The notes beneath the pieces were generated by a model. That model ran no database searches. It saw only the letters and a program-made list of their open reading frames with translations, and was not told the origin of the DNA. A stretch of DNA of 64,000 nt from Lama glama (Eukaryota), in contig CM052816.1 in assembly GCA_028534125.1 (NCBI GenBank), forward strand, positions 45,262,001 through 45,326,000. The letters are read 5' to 3'. The position numbers and the translations under genes were made by a program. Positions 13,967 to 27,108 of the stretch are shown piece by piece; positions within the stretch are counted from its first letter, which is position 1, and each line of letters begins with the position of its first letter.

Positions 13967-16900
13967 AGTGTTGTTTTTTTAAGTCCATGTTAAAAAAGGC
14001 AGGCCTATGTCAAGACGAAGTTCTGTAACAGGGAGGGAAAAAAATCAAATCTTCCAAGTACTTAATTTAAATACTTACATGAGCAAGGAGTCACTAATGA
14101 GAAAAACAAAGTAGTCTGAAAGGTTTTAGTGAAACAAATTACTTCAGCGAAAAAAAAAAACGAACACAAACCAGCAAGTGGATCTGTCATTTAGTACTGC
14201 TGTCATTAAGATACTCTACTTATGGGAATTTGTAGATTCCATCGAGAATACATAAAATCTCTTTATTTTTAGGGGGGGAATATGATTTCAATGAATTTCA
14301 CTGCCATTTTTAAAGAAAGTATGGTGCTGTATTATCTCTTTCCTTTGTAATTGCAGCCTTTGCTTTATTGCTATGCACCAGTGACAACAATAATGGCTTT
14401 ATTATGGAAATCACACCTCATTTACATGCGGCTGAAATTTATTCTGTGTTTACAATCTTCTAAAGCACTTGTTTTAATTTTACCTCACTGACCTCCTGAT
14501 TCTAACAATTTGGATGTGCTACTAAAACAAACTCATCAACGTAGCACAACTGTGAAACAATGTGGGCTTAAGATATTTATGGGTCTGTTTCCGACAATAA
14601 GCATGCATTATTTTTAAATGAGAAAAAAAAGGTAATTAAAAAAAGGCATCAAAGGGTCTTATTTCTAAAATATGGGCTTATATTCTGAAATTAACAGAGA
14701 CTCAAAGGCAAAGAAGTTTCACTGATATGATCCACTTTCTGGTGAGAAAATATTAACTGTCCTCTTGAGCTTTCTTAACAAGGGTTAACACGCAATGCAC
14801 AGTCACCCACTAGTGTTCTCAGTAAATAAATCTGATGTCACAGAAGAAGACACACACATATTTCATAGAAGTCAAATCAGCATTAGGATACTGTAGGTGG
14901 AATGGATAGCAAAAAATTTATGGATTGGATTTGCAAACTGTTCAAAGAAACACTCCATACTTCATTTGAGTAGCTTGCATTCCTAACCTTTGCTCACTAC
15001 TCCTATACACGGTTCTAGTTTTAGAATTCCTGTCTTGCTTCAGTACTTCAACACATTCCCAAAAGAGCTCGTGAGAACCCATGTGGATAATAGGGAACCC
15101 ACTCTAAGTCCTGTGGTTCTTGTCTCCAGACAGAGTTGCAAATGTTTGTTGCAGCAGGCTCGACTTTGTGTATCTCAACTTGATGATGTGCCGGGCTCTT
15201 CATTTTAATTAGCCTTCCTTATCGGATTCATAATCTCTAGTGTCACCTTCTTTCAATGAGCAATTTAAGGGCCAACAATTTCCAAATATGCATCTCTCTC
15301 TCTCCTGAGCTCCAGGCCTTCAGGCCTGGAGATCCTCAAAAACATCTCAAATGCAGTTCATCCAAAGCTAGATTTGCTATCCTTCCCCTCAGACTTTCTC
15401 TTCCTTCTGATTAGTACTGCCACCCATATAGATTTACCTATAATTCATTTTTCCTCATATACTGCACCAAATGGGCAGGGAGAGGGGAAAAGAAACCATG
15501 CACATGGTCGGCACAGAGCCTGGCACAAGGCACATGCTCAAAAAGCCTTACCTGCTATCATCCTTATTTCCATCACCATCACGACTTTAGTCAAGTTAGA
15601 GAAATAGCGCATGGCTATAGAGAGCCCTCTCTCGCATCTTTTAAGTGCCAAAACATCTTGTAATAAAGAAACATGTTTAAATTTTCTGGTACCTCGATTT
15701 TCCAAGCCTATTTGGTGTTAGAACCCTTCTGTTTACCTTGACATAATACGAAGATCGCACACAGAGGAGGCTTGCTTTCAGTGTGCAGACTCTTAAGTTC
15801 CATCACATCCAAACTCTCACTGATCAATCTATTTAAAATGGACCCCTCAGTGTCTTCTATTCTCCTCTGTCTCCCTTTTATATTTTCTTTTCTTTTCTAT
15901 TCCATTCCATTCTGTTTCATCCCATCCTACCCCATCTCATCCCATCCCACTAAAAAATTGCTTGCAATCAGACTCATCAGTGTATTGTACCGTGACCCAC
16001 AATGTGCAAACCTCTGCTCTAAAAGGTAATTTAAGTAGCTCTTAGAATGTCTTAGACATAAGGTGGGTACAGTAAACATAACTACAGTGGACACCTACAG
16101 CCACCGTGTTCTGACCCAGATTTACCCCGACCTTTCCTGAAGTATGAAGGAGGCAGGTGTAATTTGGAGAGATCTTTCCAGGTGAGATATTGGATCTGCC
16201 GGTAGAGAAGAGAGTCAATACTGGCCTCGAGGATATTTTCCAGGGGTAAAGAGGAGGGATGCGGGCAAATCCTCAGAGGAGTCTCAAGTCTGCTGGGAAC
16301 CTAAGCAGCTGTACTCTGTCAGTGACTGACTTCGGGCGCTCCTGGACGCTAGAGGACAGCTGAGTGTCAGGACTACTTTGAGCGTGCTTTATTGGGGCTG
16401 GAAAAAAATGGTACAAGCCTAGAATTACGGTCTCGCCTAGCAAAAGCTATATATAATTTTCAATTTGCAGGCTATAATTTTGAATCTAAGGAGAATAATC
16501 AAGTTAGATGAGACATACCCACATGGACCTTGTATGCACTGTTATTAGGATAATTCCATGTACTTCAAAGTTGCCAGATAATATTCTACTGGGGGGAGGG
16601 ATCAAACAGGTCTGTGATTCTTGAGGAAAAGGTTAAACGATCTGTTTTCCTCTTGTGAGAAAAAGTGTCTTGGAACTACGGGAAGGAGAATTATCATAGG
16701 GGTTCACAAACAACACAGTCATTTTATACACATTTCATAAATGTTTCATAAATGACATTATGACAAATGTTTTTAGAAGATCAGAGTTCTAAAACAAACA
16801 TGAAGTCAACCAACCAACAATCGAAGACTGGCTTAACCTAGTTTCCTAACTTCATTACCGGTTACTCGGCCGTTAAGGAGTTCCAGTCACCTGCAGGCAT

Positions 16901-18158
16901 GCTCAGGCACCTAGGAGCAATTCCCAACACACTCGGCTTTCATAACACAACGAAAATGTACAATGCATCTTTCAACCTGCTACATCTATATTTTAAATCT
17001 TACTAGACAGCCTCATAATTGTTGGAAATTAGGTTACTATGTTTTTGGCCTTAAATAACCAGTTATGTTTAAAGATAGTCTGATAGTACATCACATAGCA
17101 GTCATTAAGATTTAACAGGCTCAAATTCAACACTGAAGTCTTGAGTCAATCCTGACACGTCTCAAAAAATTTACACTAAAAATAACTCTATGTGTTCAAG
17201 ATAATATTTTTACAGTGTGTTAAATATGTCAGTTCCCAGAACAGTTTCCTGGTAGACCCTCGATCTGGACAGATGCCAATTGACCTCAATGCTTACTTCC
17301 GTTCCTTAATTTGGTTCACTAGCCAGACATCATGTTACAAAACTGTAACACCAATTAAATATTTTATTTTATTTTTACATCCTTTGCTATGTTGCTATTC
17401 TAAAAAGCCTACTCGAGTGAAATCCTTTGGTTCCTCCCTGTCAGTGTGATTAATTGCATCCCTTCTCCCAGCAGAGAGATAACCTGATATTAGATTATCA
17501 GGGTATTCTCTGGTCTTAAAAATAACGTTACGTATTTCCCAAAAGCTTTGGGGATATTACTTCTCTCTGTTGTTAAATAACTGTATCTGTAAATACAGAA
17601 AACTAATACCAAACCCACACAGAGAGTGGTTTTCCAGAGTGTACAGTAACAGACCATAAAGTGGTATAATACCTGTGTTGTATTAAGACTTACATTATCC
17701 ATTTAAACAATGGTACAGTCCTCACAGGTGTGCTAGGAATGTCTATGCATAAGGGAATGAACTAACACTTTACTGCTCATTCTCACTAACAACCCTGGAT
17801 CAAGCCCTTACAGAAAAGAAAGAGAAACCATTGTGTTAAGAAAGAAAGGCAATCCCCAGATTGAATGCCATGTATATGATCTATGGGAAAAGGAGGCTGC
17901 CCACCACCCCCCCAAATCTACATTGAAAAGTATTTGCACCCAATGATAAACCTTTAAAATGTTCTTTCTGTATTTGTCAGTGTCTTACATAGACCTGAAA
18001 ATCTGTGAGATTTTCATTCCAACTTTCTCTCCTCTTTCATGTGGAATTAAAATTGTTAAAGGTAGATTGTTTCACAGGTATCGGGTATTATAAGCAAATG
18101 TAAGGTAGATACTAGAGCTTATTTTTTGCCCCAGGTTCAAAACTGTATGTTTCCCATT

Positions 18159-18199
<41 letters not shown>

Positions 18200-18230
18200 C
18201 TCCTTCTTCTTCTTCTTCTTTTTTTTTTTT
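18159..18230. repeat. (CCT)n/(CTT)n compound microsatellite + poly-T
   Basis: Directly visible. Confidence 0.95.
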
Positions 18231-18964
18231 AAAGAGTGAGAGCATTGGAATTTTACTTAACTCTGGGTGCCCTGAGTTTGGCATTAGTACGTAAGATTAA
18301 CTAATGAATAGCCATGCAATTTTTGGGGTTACTTTGCTTCCCAACCCCCACAAGGAGCTATTTATACTATTCAATTCCATCTTTAATAGGCTACACAGAT
18401 CCTGCTGTATTTTTTTCTATCCTTTTTTTTTTTTAACCAGGTGAAGTTTATTCTATTATAAAGCTTGTGAACCACATTTGTGAAAAACAATTTTTTTATG
18501 GTGGCAAAGCAGCTTTACTATAACCATAGATTAAGTGGTTATTTGCAAACACTTTGGAGTCAGGGAGGGAAAATGATGGAGAGAGGGAAATCACCACACT
18601 GCTTGGAAACCATATAATTAAATGAGTGTAAGTATCAAACATTGTTCATTTCAATCACTTGTTAATTTACAGGCACACCATTTATACTGTCTTATAAAAC
18701 TGCACAGCAGAGCTTCAGATTATTCTTCAACACTCTTAGTCTTTCCTGCAACCCACTTCCTACTTCTTCTTTGAAGTTGACGTATCCTAATTATAAATCA
18801 CATCATTTGCTTTCCTGATAGTTATTAATACTAAATTTTATAATTTCCTTCTGGAAATTCAACGAAAAGAAAAAGATTGGTTTTGAATATGGGCCCTCAG
18901 CCAAATAAACTTTTTTAAAAAGCATGCACTGAGGTCAGCTGAGTGGGATTTATTCATAAAAAAG

Positions 18965-19170
18965 GCAGAATACTAGAGTGGTTATGAGTATGGACTCCAG
19001 AGCCAGATTCCTTGAGGGCCACTTACTAGCTGTGTGACCTTGGTGACTTACTTGATTGGTCTGATGTACAATTTCATCTGTACAACAAGGATAACATTAA
19101 TAACTTCTAAATAAGGTATTCTTGATTCAGTGAAGGTTTAATGGTTGAAATGCAGAATACTTAGAACAGT
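18965..19170 (+). mobile_element. MIR SINE
   Basis: gagtggttatgagtatggactccagagccaga...acttactagctgtgtgaccttgg core. Confidence 0.8.
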
Positions 19171-19329
19171 TTTATATCTATTTTGGCTATTGCTTATTAC
19201 TCAAAAAATTTATTTATTTATTTAATATTAAAAATGTATTTGATAAAATTTGATAAGTAAAAGAATGAGTTACAAATGGGCCTTCTTTCAAAGACACACA
19301 TACATATATACATTCACTATGTATATGCA

Positions 19330-21560
19330 CACACAAACACTATAATAAAAGGGAGAAGATAAATATGAGAACAGAGGGATCAAGTTATATAAAAATTCAG
19401 GGAAAGCAGCAGTTACCTCCTGTCAGTGGAAGCAGAGAGGCCTTTGTGAGGAAGAAGGAATTTCAGCTAGGCTTTAAAGTGAGCTATATTTGAACATGTG
19501 AACTTTGAGCTTAAGGTAGTGGAAATAGCATAAAGAGAGGCAAAAAGGCAAATGCACAAATTGGTGTAAAATTGTCCTTCTGATTGGTGCTGAAGGTCCA
19601 CGAAGCTGAAGACTAAGAATATCTGTGGCACCAGGCCACTAAGGGATCCTGAGGACCAAGTTAAGCAATACAGAATTATTTTACAGGAAATGGAAAGACA
19701 TTTAAAATGTCTAAGATGACCAATCAAAACAGAAACGTCCTTAATGTCACAGGAAAGTACATTGATTGGTGGAGAGAATGCTGGAGGCAGGGGTGCCAGG
19801 CAGGTAACTGGTCAGAGTGAGAGACAATGAAGGTCTGGGCCGAGAAAATGGCAGAGGAGTGACTCTCACATTGGAAAGAAGGGGATGGACATGAAAATAT
19901 TACAGAGGTAGAATTTAAAGAAGTACTTTCAAATCAGAAAACAATGAGAAACTTTAACATTATACAGATATTGGGACTTCATCCCTGGAGATTCCAATTC
20001 AGTAAGACTTTAGAAAGACGTCTAATTCCTGAAAGTGTGATTCTGATAATCCGTTAGTTTGACAACTACTGACCGGAAAGTCCCTGACTACGGAGTAAAA
20101 GAAGTTACACTGGCTTCAAGGTCAGGAAGATAAGAAAAGGATTCAGAGGAAGAAGAGAAGGAAGAGGAAGAAAGAACAACACAGAAATCAGAGCAACTGG
20201 GGCAGGCAAGTTGTTGACAATTTTTGTACTTTCCTGAGGACAAGATACGACTGCTCAGGAAGAGGACAGAGGAAGTTAGGAAGAGAAGTTGAGCTCAAAG
20301 TGATAGATTTGAAAATTATCACCATAATTTGAAAAAGACAAAGGCAATCCCTGGAAAACACATATACTCCAGAGTGATGAGTCATAAGAAGGTTGAGTCA
20401 TGGACTGGGATTTAGCAGGAAAAAAAAAAGTGTATCATGAAAACTAAGGCAGATAAGACCATCAAGGAAGGGAGGTTGGCAGTACTGATTTATGCAGAAG
20501 AGTTTAAAAATAAGGACACGGAGAAGACTGGTCAGTTGACTTGGTGTCCAAGGTTATGGGTGAAGAATGGAAGGGAATAAGCAAGGTACTCTCAAGGCAT
20601 AGCAGTGAAAGAAGGTGTTGAGTATAGATAGCTCATATGGACCTACTGTTCAAGAAGTTTGTGGGTAAAAAAAGAATCTGAAGCCAACTGTAACAGTCAA
20701 CAGTCATGAACAGATTCATTAAAAAAAGTTTGTTGAAGGAGAAAGGCAGGGAAGTAACTTGATAAGGCAGCAGCATTTTGAATAAGCTCTTTGAGACACT
20801 GAAAAGTGATGCATGTTTATAGATGGAGAGGAAAGACCCAGGATAGAGAACTATTTAAGACGTGAGGCAACTGTGGAAAATGTAATGAAATAAGTTCCAA
20901 GAGAAGGACGAATAGATGAAGAGCACAATTGGGAGGGTTGCCTTGGGTGAGAATGATTTACCTCTTTACCTAAAATGGAAGGAAGAGTGGCAAAGAAGGG
21001 AGAAAAAAATAAATAATCAAAGAAAATGAGGAAAGTTGAGTGAGGTAACTAACATCATGTCGTTTTCACATCTTATATAGAGAGTGAGAATAGATAGCAT
21101 TAAGCACATGACTTAAGAGCTGTGGAATCTATTTCAAAGATTACCTAAGAATTAATTAAAGATAATCCAAAGGATTACTGAGAAGCAGAGATGGCTCAGT
21201 TAAGGTCAGTTAGGATAAATTAGTATCTATTACAGAGTAGCACTAATTGGCTGATAAAGTAGAGAAGTGTGTGACAGAGACTTGAATGATGGTTGGCAAT
21301 ATTCTTTAAGGAGGGAGCCAAGTTGGTGAGGAAATCAGGGGAGTTAGTGAAAATATCCTTGGATGTTCAATCACAGGGTCAAGGAAAGTGAGGTCACGAT
21401 GAAGATAAAGAACCAGTAGGAGTGAGGAACTGGGAGAGGAAGACAGAGAGAGATTGTGTTCAGAGAGAGATGTGAAGAGGGAAGTGGTGACCCAGGAAGG
21501 GAAAATATCATAAGAAATGGTAACCACAGTGATATGAACAGGAAAAGGGTGTAAGCAGAA
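19330..21560 (-). mobile_element. Degraded L2 LINE fragments (approximate, discontinuous)
   Basis: Purine-rich plus strand with L2-like motifs (gtgagagacaatgaaggtctgg, ggggatggacatgaaaatattacagaggtagaat). Confidence 0.5.
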
Positions 21561-22066
21561 AGCAGAAATTTAAAAATAGGAAAAATTATTATGCAGGGAC
21601 ATATTGACCTTGAAGTGTAAGATGGAACGAAAGTATTTTTGATATCCTATTATTTGGAGTAGCCTCTTGCAGCTGGTTGTAAGAAAAGTAAATTTTTTAT
21701 GAGGCTGCCATTTTGGTTATGATAATGCAACTGAAAGAGTATTTTTATGAAAGGATCAGACCAAGTTTGTTACTGCTCTCTGGCCCAATGAAATTCAAAC
21801 TTCACCTTTGACATGGTGTCCTTTCCCACTATAAGGAAAAAACTTATTATAAAAAAGTCATTTTTCTCTAACTTTCTGAGTTTTATAATGTAGAAACTAT
21901 TAAGTATCACTGTGTGATAAAGGACATTGAGTCAACTGTACAGTTTAAAAGAAATCATGAGCAATTGCTAATTCCCCAGATGACTTGTCCCCACTTCCTA
22001 TTTCCCTAGTCCTAACAATCCTATTTTCCTTTATTTCTGAATCTTCTCTTTAAAATTGTACCAGTA

Positions 22067-22578
22067 CCTGACTGGATAAAGAAGATGTGGTATATTTATA
22101 CAATGGAATACTACTCAGTCATAAAAATTGACAACATAACACCATTTGCAGCAACATGGATGCTCCTGGAGAATGTCATTCTAAGTGAAGTAAGCCAGAA
22201 AGAGAAAGAAGAATATCACATGAGATCGCTCATATGTGGAATCTAAACAAACAAACAAACAAACAAACAAACAAAGCATTAAATACAGAACAGAAATAGA
22301 CTCATAGACTTGTGGTCGCCAAGGGGGTGGGGGGTGGGAAGAGATAGACTGGGATTTCAAAATTGTAGAATAGATAAACAGGATTATACTGTATAGCACA
22401 GGGAAATATATACAAGATCTTATGGTAGCTCACAGAGAAAGGAATGTGACAATGAATATATATATGTATATATATGTTCATGTATAACTGAAAAATTGTG
22501 CTCTACACTGGAATTTGACACAACATTATAAAATGATTATAAATCAATAAAAAATAAATAAATAAATAAATAAATAAA
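22067..22578 (+). mobile_element. Young 5'-truncated lineage-specific L1
   Basis: ORF2 end (actggataaagaagatgtgg...gcagcaacatggatg), 3' UTR with (AAAC)n and a G-run, (AAAT)n tail. Perfect 16-bp TSD taaaattgtaccagta at 22051-22066 and 22579-22594. Confidence 0.95.
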
Positions 22579-23838
22579 TAAAATTGTACCAGTATCAGTT
22601 GATTAATTAAAATATGATCAGTTATTTTTGTGACTATTTGTATTTTTTAAAGAATTGTGTAGGCACTGAATCATAAATAGAAAATCTCTCTAAATAATGA
22701 GAATAGCAATTAGTAATACATGGGAAAAGTTGCAAATCAATAATGGAATTGACACCTTACAACTAGGGATCTGCCTGATTAGAAAGAACCATGGTGTATT
22801 ATAGGATCACTATGTTGACACCAAATGAGGTTCCTCATAGACCAGGTCAAGGGGAATACAGTGTTTCCAATGCCATAAATATTGTAAGATAAAGCAGCCT
22901 TGAAAAACTTATTTTTCTACTAGTAGAGTTTATATACATTCTTTGGCAATGGTCTGAATACAAATTTGAGAGAGACACATTAAAAAGATCAGAAATTATA
23001 TTTTCATCAGCCAAGGGTTAATGGAAGACTTCAGTCACCCATTAAAAAAAATGAATGTGCTCTTAGATCAAAGCAATAAACATGAATAGCTACTTTACGT
23101 AGCTTTCAAAAGAGTAAAAAGTAATGCCTCGTTGCTAAGTTTTCTAAGATAATTAAAGAAGGATTTGAGAGGGGAAACTTCCTTTAAAAGAATGGAATAT
23201 GCCAGGAAAATTAAAATGTAAACTTTTTATTAACTTGGAGAAAAACTACCAAGGAAATATATGGGAAACTCAACCTACGTATCCAAAATAGAAACAATTG
23301 GGAAAGTTTCACTGATTCTCTGGATCAGGCTGGGGCATTGGCAGTTGTATGCTTATGTCAACAAGAGCTGCCAGCCACACTGAAGGTCAGAGTGTGTGGT
23401 GCGCTCAGGCAGCAGTGCCACAATGATGCGAAGGCACTGGCTCTAAATGTGTACCCTGTCTTCCACTAACATGCCACTGAAGCCTATTCATCATGGGTAT
23501 CAAGAATTCAGCTTCAATGCCATTCCTTCTTCTCCCCAGCCACCATAAACAATGAACTCAGTAAGTGAGAGTGAATTCAGTAGTATTATTTAAGTCCAGA
23601 CTCATCAGACATCGTGTCACTCTGAGGCAGCAGCACTAGTTCAACATGGCTATGCATATAAAGAGTTTACATGGGTGGAATTTTCCTTTTATTCTACAGT
23701 CTGAGGGTTGCCGTTGAATGACTTTAATGGTGTGATCAATTTCACCTTGTAGATGGGTTCAACGTGGAATGGGGACAGACAAGAATCAAGGAGCATCAAT
23801 CTTAAGACAGGTATGAGATGATGGGGACATAACCCAGG

Positions 23839-24203
23839 TGATGTAGACTGAATTGCATCCCTCCAAAATTCATGTGTTGAAGCCCTAACCCTCAGTGTGA
23901 TGGTATGTGGAAATGGGGACTTAAGGAGTTAATTAAGTCATGAGGGTAGAGCCTTCATGAAGGGATTAGTGCCTTTACTTTCTCCCTCCCATTTTCTGTC
24001 TCTCTCTCTCTCTCCTCCCCACCATGTGAGAACACAGCAAGAAGATAGCCATCTACAAGCCAGAAAGGGGGCTCTCATCAGGAACCAAATTGGCCAGCAC
24101 CCAAATTATAGGACTTAGCCTCCAGAACTGAGAAATAAATTCCTATTGTTTAAACCACCTAGTCTATGGCATTTTGTTACGACAGCTCAACCTCATTATT
24201 ACA
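23839..24203 (+). mobile_element. MLT1A/B-type MaLR solo LTR
   Basis: tg..tagactgaattgcatccctccaaaattcatgtgttgaagccctaaccc ... gcctccagaactgagaaataaattcctattgtttaaaccacctagtctatgg...aca. Confidence 0.9.
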
Positions 24204-25211
24204 GCAGTCATAGCCATGAAGAAAGGAAAAGAGGTGTATCCGAGAGACATTTAGGAAGTATACAGAACAAAGTGGTTATACATCTGACTGTATTCTATAC
24301 CAATTACATATGGAAAGAGTTGTTATGCTAACAAGAATACAAAGGCATACTGAATCTTAGCATATTCCAGAGAGTGTACTAAAGACTTTATATAAATTAA
24401 CATTTAATCTTTCATACAGCTCTATAAAGTTAAATATTATTATGCCTGTACTACATATGAGAATAGTGAGGAAAATTAGGCATGTTTCAATATAAGGACA
24501 GTCTTTCTTGGAAATCAGAAGATGAAGGAATAATTTGCTAGCTGGATCACTTCAAATTCTTTCTGGGGAATGGAGTCTAATAATTACTTTTATGGAATTA
24601 GAGTTTGCTAGGTTTAATTTAATGTTTACATGTTATTTTTCTCAATGAAAGGTTTGATTCTGTAAAAAGTGAGACAGTATATATAAAATGCTTAGCACAG
24701 TGGAGTATGCCAGAAAAATAAAACTGTAAATAGCATATGGTGAGTCTTAATTGGTAGTGGTGAAGATGATAATGATGGTGACCACCAGGGCCCAAGCACC
24801 TTCACATCTTCCTCTTATATGTGGTCCAGTCCTTTGCTCCTCCAGCTCTACCACATCCATGCTCTATGCCCTCTGCCCACCTAGGAAACAAATGCAGATT
24901 GACTTTAACAGTTTAGTACTCAAATAGCCTGAACAGAGAGCTATTCTTGTCCTCATCGGTATTCAGCTGAAACTAAGTAAAAGGCAGTCACTGAGGTATA
25001 GACGTTCAGGAAACTTGAATTTTAGAGAGACCCAGCTCTGCCACAAATTACCAGTCCTGTTTCTTCTTTGGTTATATGCAAGTCAGAAGTTCAAACAGAA
25101 ACTTAAGCTTTCTCTCAATTCTTTGATTGGATTTGATTTTTTTTTTACTTTTTATCTCTATGTTCTAAGTCTCAGAAGACTAATCCCTGATGTAATTGTT
25201 CTAGGAGTTTT

Positions 25212-25640
25212 CATTTTTTAACACCTTTATTGTGGTATGGTTCTGGTACAGTAAACTACACATTATTTCAAATGTACAGTTTGATGAATTTTGATAGATG
25301 TATACACCAATGAAACCATTACCACAATCACTTAGCTAACATTTCTATCACTCCCCAAGAGGTGCAATTTTCGAATTCCCCGTTTATCCCTTCCCACTCC
25401 CTTTACACGCTGGTAACCATAAGTTTGTTCTCTACATCTGTGAGTCTGTTTCTGTTTTGTAGATAAGTTCATTTCTGTCCTTTTTTCTTTTTTTTTTTAG
25501 ATTCCACATAAAAGCAGTATCACATGGCATTTTTTTCTTTCTCTTTCTGGTTTATTTCACTTTGAATGATGATCTCCAGGTCCATCCATATTGCTGCAAA
25601 TTGCATTCTTTTATTCTTTTTTATGGCTGAGTAGTATTTA

Positions 25641-25687
<47 letters not shown>

Positions 25688-25877
25688 CACATCATTTTTA
25701 TCCAGCCACCTGTTAATGGACATTTGGGTTGTTTCCATTCCTTGGCTATTGTAAATAGTGCTGCTATGAACACTGAGGTGCATGTGTATTTTTGAATTAT
25801 ATTTTCCTCTGGATGTATGCGCACAAGTGGGATTGCTGCATCCTATGGTAAGTCTGTTTTTAGTTTTTTAAGGAAGC
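25212..25877 (-). mobile_element. 5'-truncated L1 with a composite 3' end, containing (TG)21
   Basis: ORF2 C-terminal-like peptide YYSAIKKNKRMQFAAIWMDLEIIIQSEI. 16-bp TSD ttgttctaggagtttt (25196-25211) / ttgttctaagagtttt (25878-25893). Confidence 0.88.
25643..25684. repeat. (TG)21 microsatellite
   Basis: Uninterrupted TG run inside the L1. Confidence 0.97.
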
Positions 25878-26595
25878 TTGTTCTAAGAGTTTTTAATGAG
25901 GAATAGCAAATCTCTAATTTTTTCAAAACAAAAATGAAAAAAACCAACACACACTGAATGACTACACATCATCTTCCAGGCATAAAGATTTCTGACTTGA
26001 ATCTTCAAAGATTGAAGTCATAAATATAAATCTAAGCAGGGAATGAACATCCATAATGTTTCTTTAAATATTTTGGATTTCCCCCACCACTATTGGCCAC
26101 ATGTGGGGAGACTGAACTGTGCTCACAAAGATTTTTTTAAGCTCCAGCAGCAGAAATTGTTCATTGTCCAGTGAGAAGCTTTGGGGTTTTCCTTAGGTCC
26201 CTAGGCATTGTTTTTTATTTTCTTTTCAGCAATGGAACTGGGAATAGACTGCAAACAAGCCAAGGACATGTGAAACCTGTTATATTGGTCATTCTGGATC
26301 TGATTCAAGCACGCACTGTTACTAGGTAAGATTACTTTTACTCTGCTTTAGTGGAAGCCTCAATTTTGGTTTAGGAAAAAAATCATATTGTGTTTTTCCA
26401 CTTTTATTTATGAACTATGTAAAATCTAAAATGCCAATGACACATACTTATAATTTTGTAATACATATCTGGAATGACAAGAAACACAAATTTAAAATAA
26501 AACTTAAATGCAAAAAAATAAAAGTGACAAAATTTAAAACGACAATGACATACTTAGAATTTTGAAGTGAGAACAGTAAGGATAGTAGAATCAGA

Positions 26596-27108
26596 GCAGT
26601 TCGGCTACTGAGAACTACAGAATTAACCACCACAAAACTTGGTGGCTTAAAATAATCTATTATTTTTCACAGTCCTACGATCTGGGCTGGGTAGTCTTCT
26701 GCTCTGTGTGGTGTCTCCTCAGGCTGGCACCTGTAAGAAGGCTTCTTCACTCCCATGTCTGGAGTCAGAGCTGGGATGCCTGCAACGAATGGAGACTGGC
26801 CAAGCATGCTCATTCACACGGCCACTCCACACGACTAGCTCGGAGTTTCTAACATCATGGTGGTCTCAGGGTAACTGCACTTCTTACATGGTGGCTGGCT
26901 TCCAAGAGAAAGGAAGCTGAAACTGCTGGTCCTCTTAAAGGCTAGACCCATTATGGGGCAGTATCACTTTTCCATCAGATAATACTGGTCTAAGCAGTCA
27001 GTCCAGAGTGAAAGGACGGGGAAAGAGACTCCCTGCTTTATGTGAGGAGCAGCTCATGTGCAAAGGGAGGGAAATAACTGATAGCGGCATCTCTGGAGAC
27101 CACAACAC
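26596..27108 (-). mobile_element. Old MLT1 (F/G/H-like) MaLR LTR
   Basis: accaccacaaaacttggtggcttaaaataa; cttcttacatggtggctggcttccaaga; atcacttttccatc. Confidence 0.8.
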
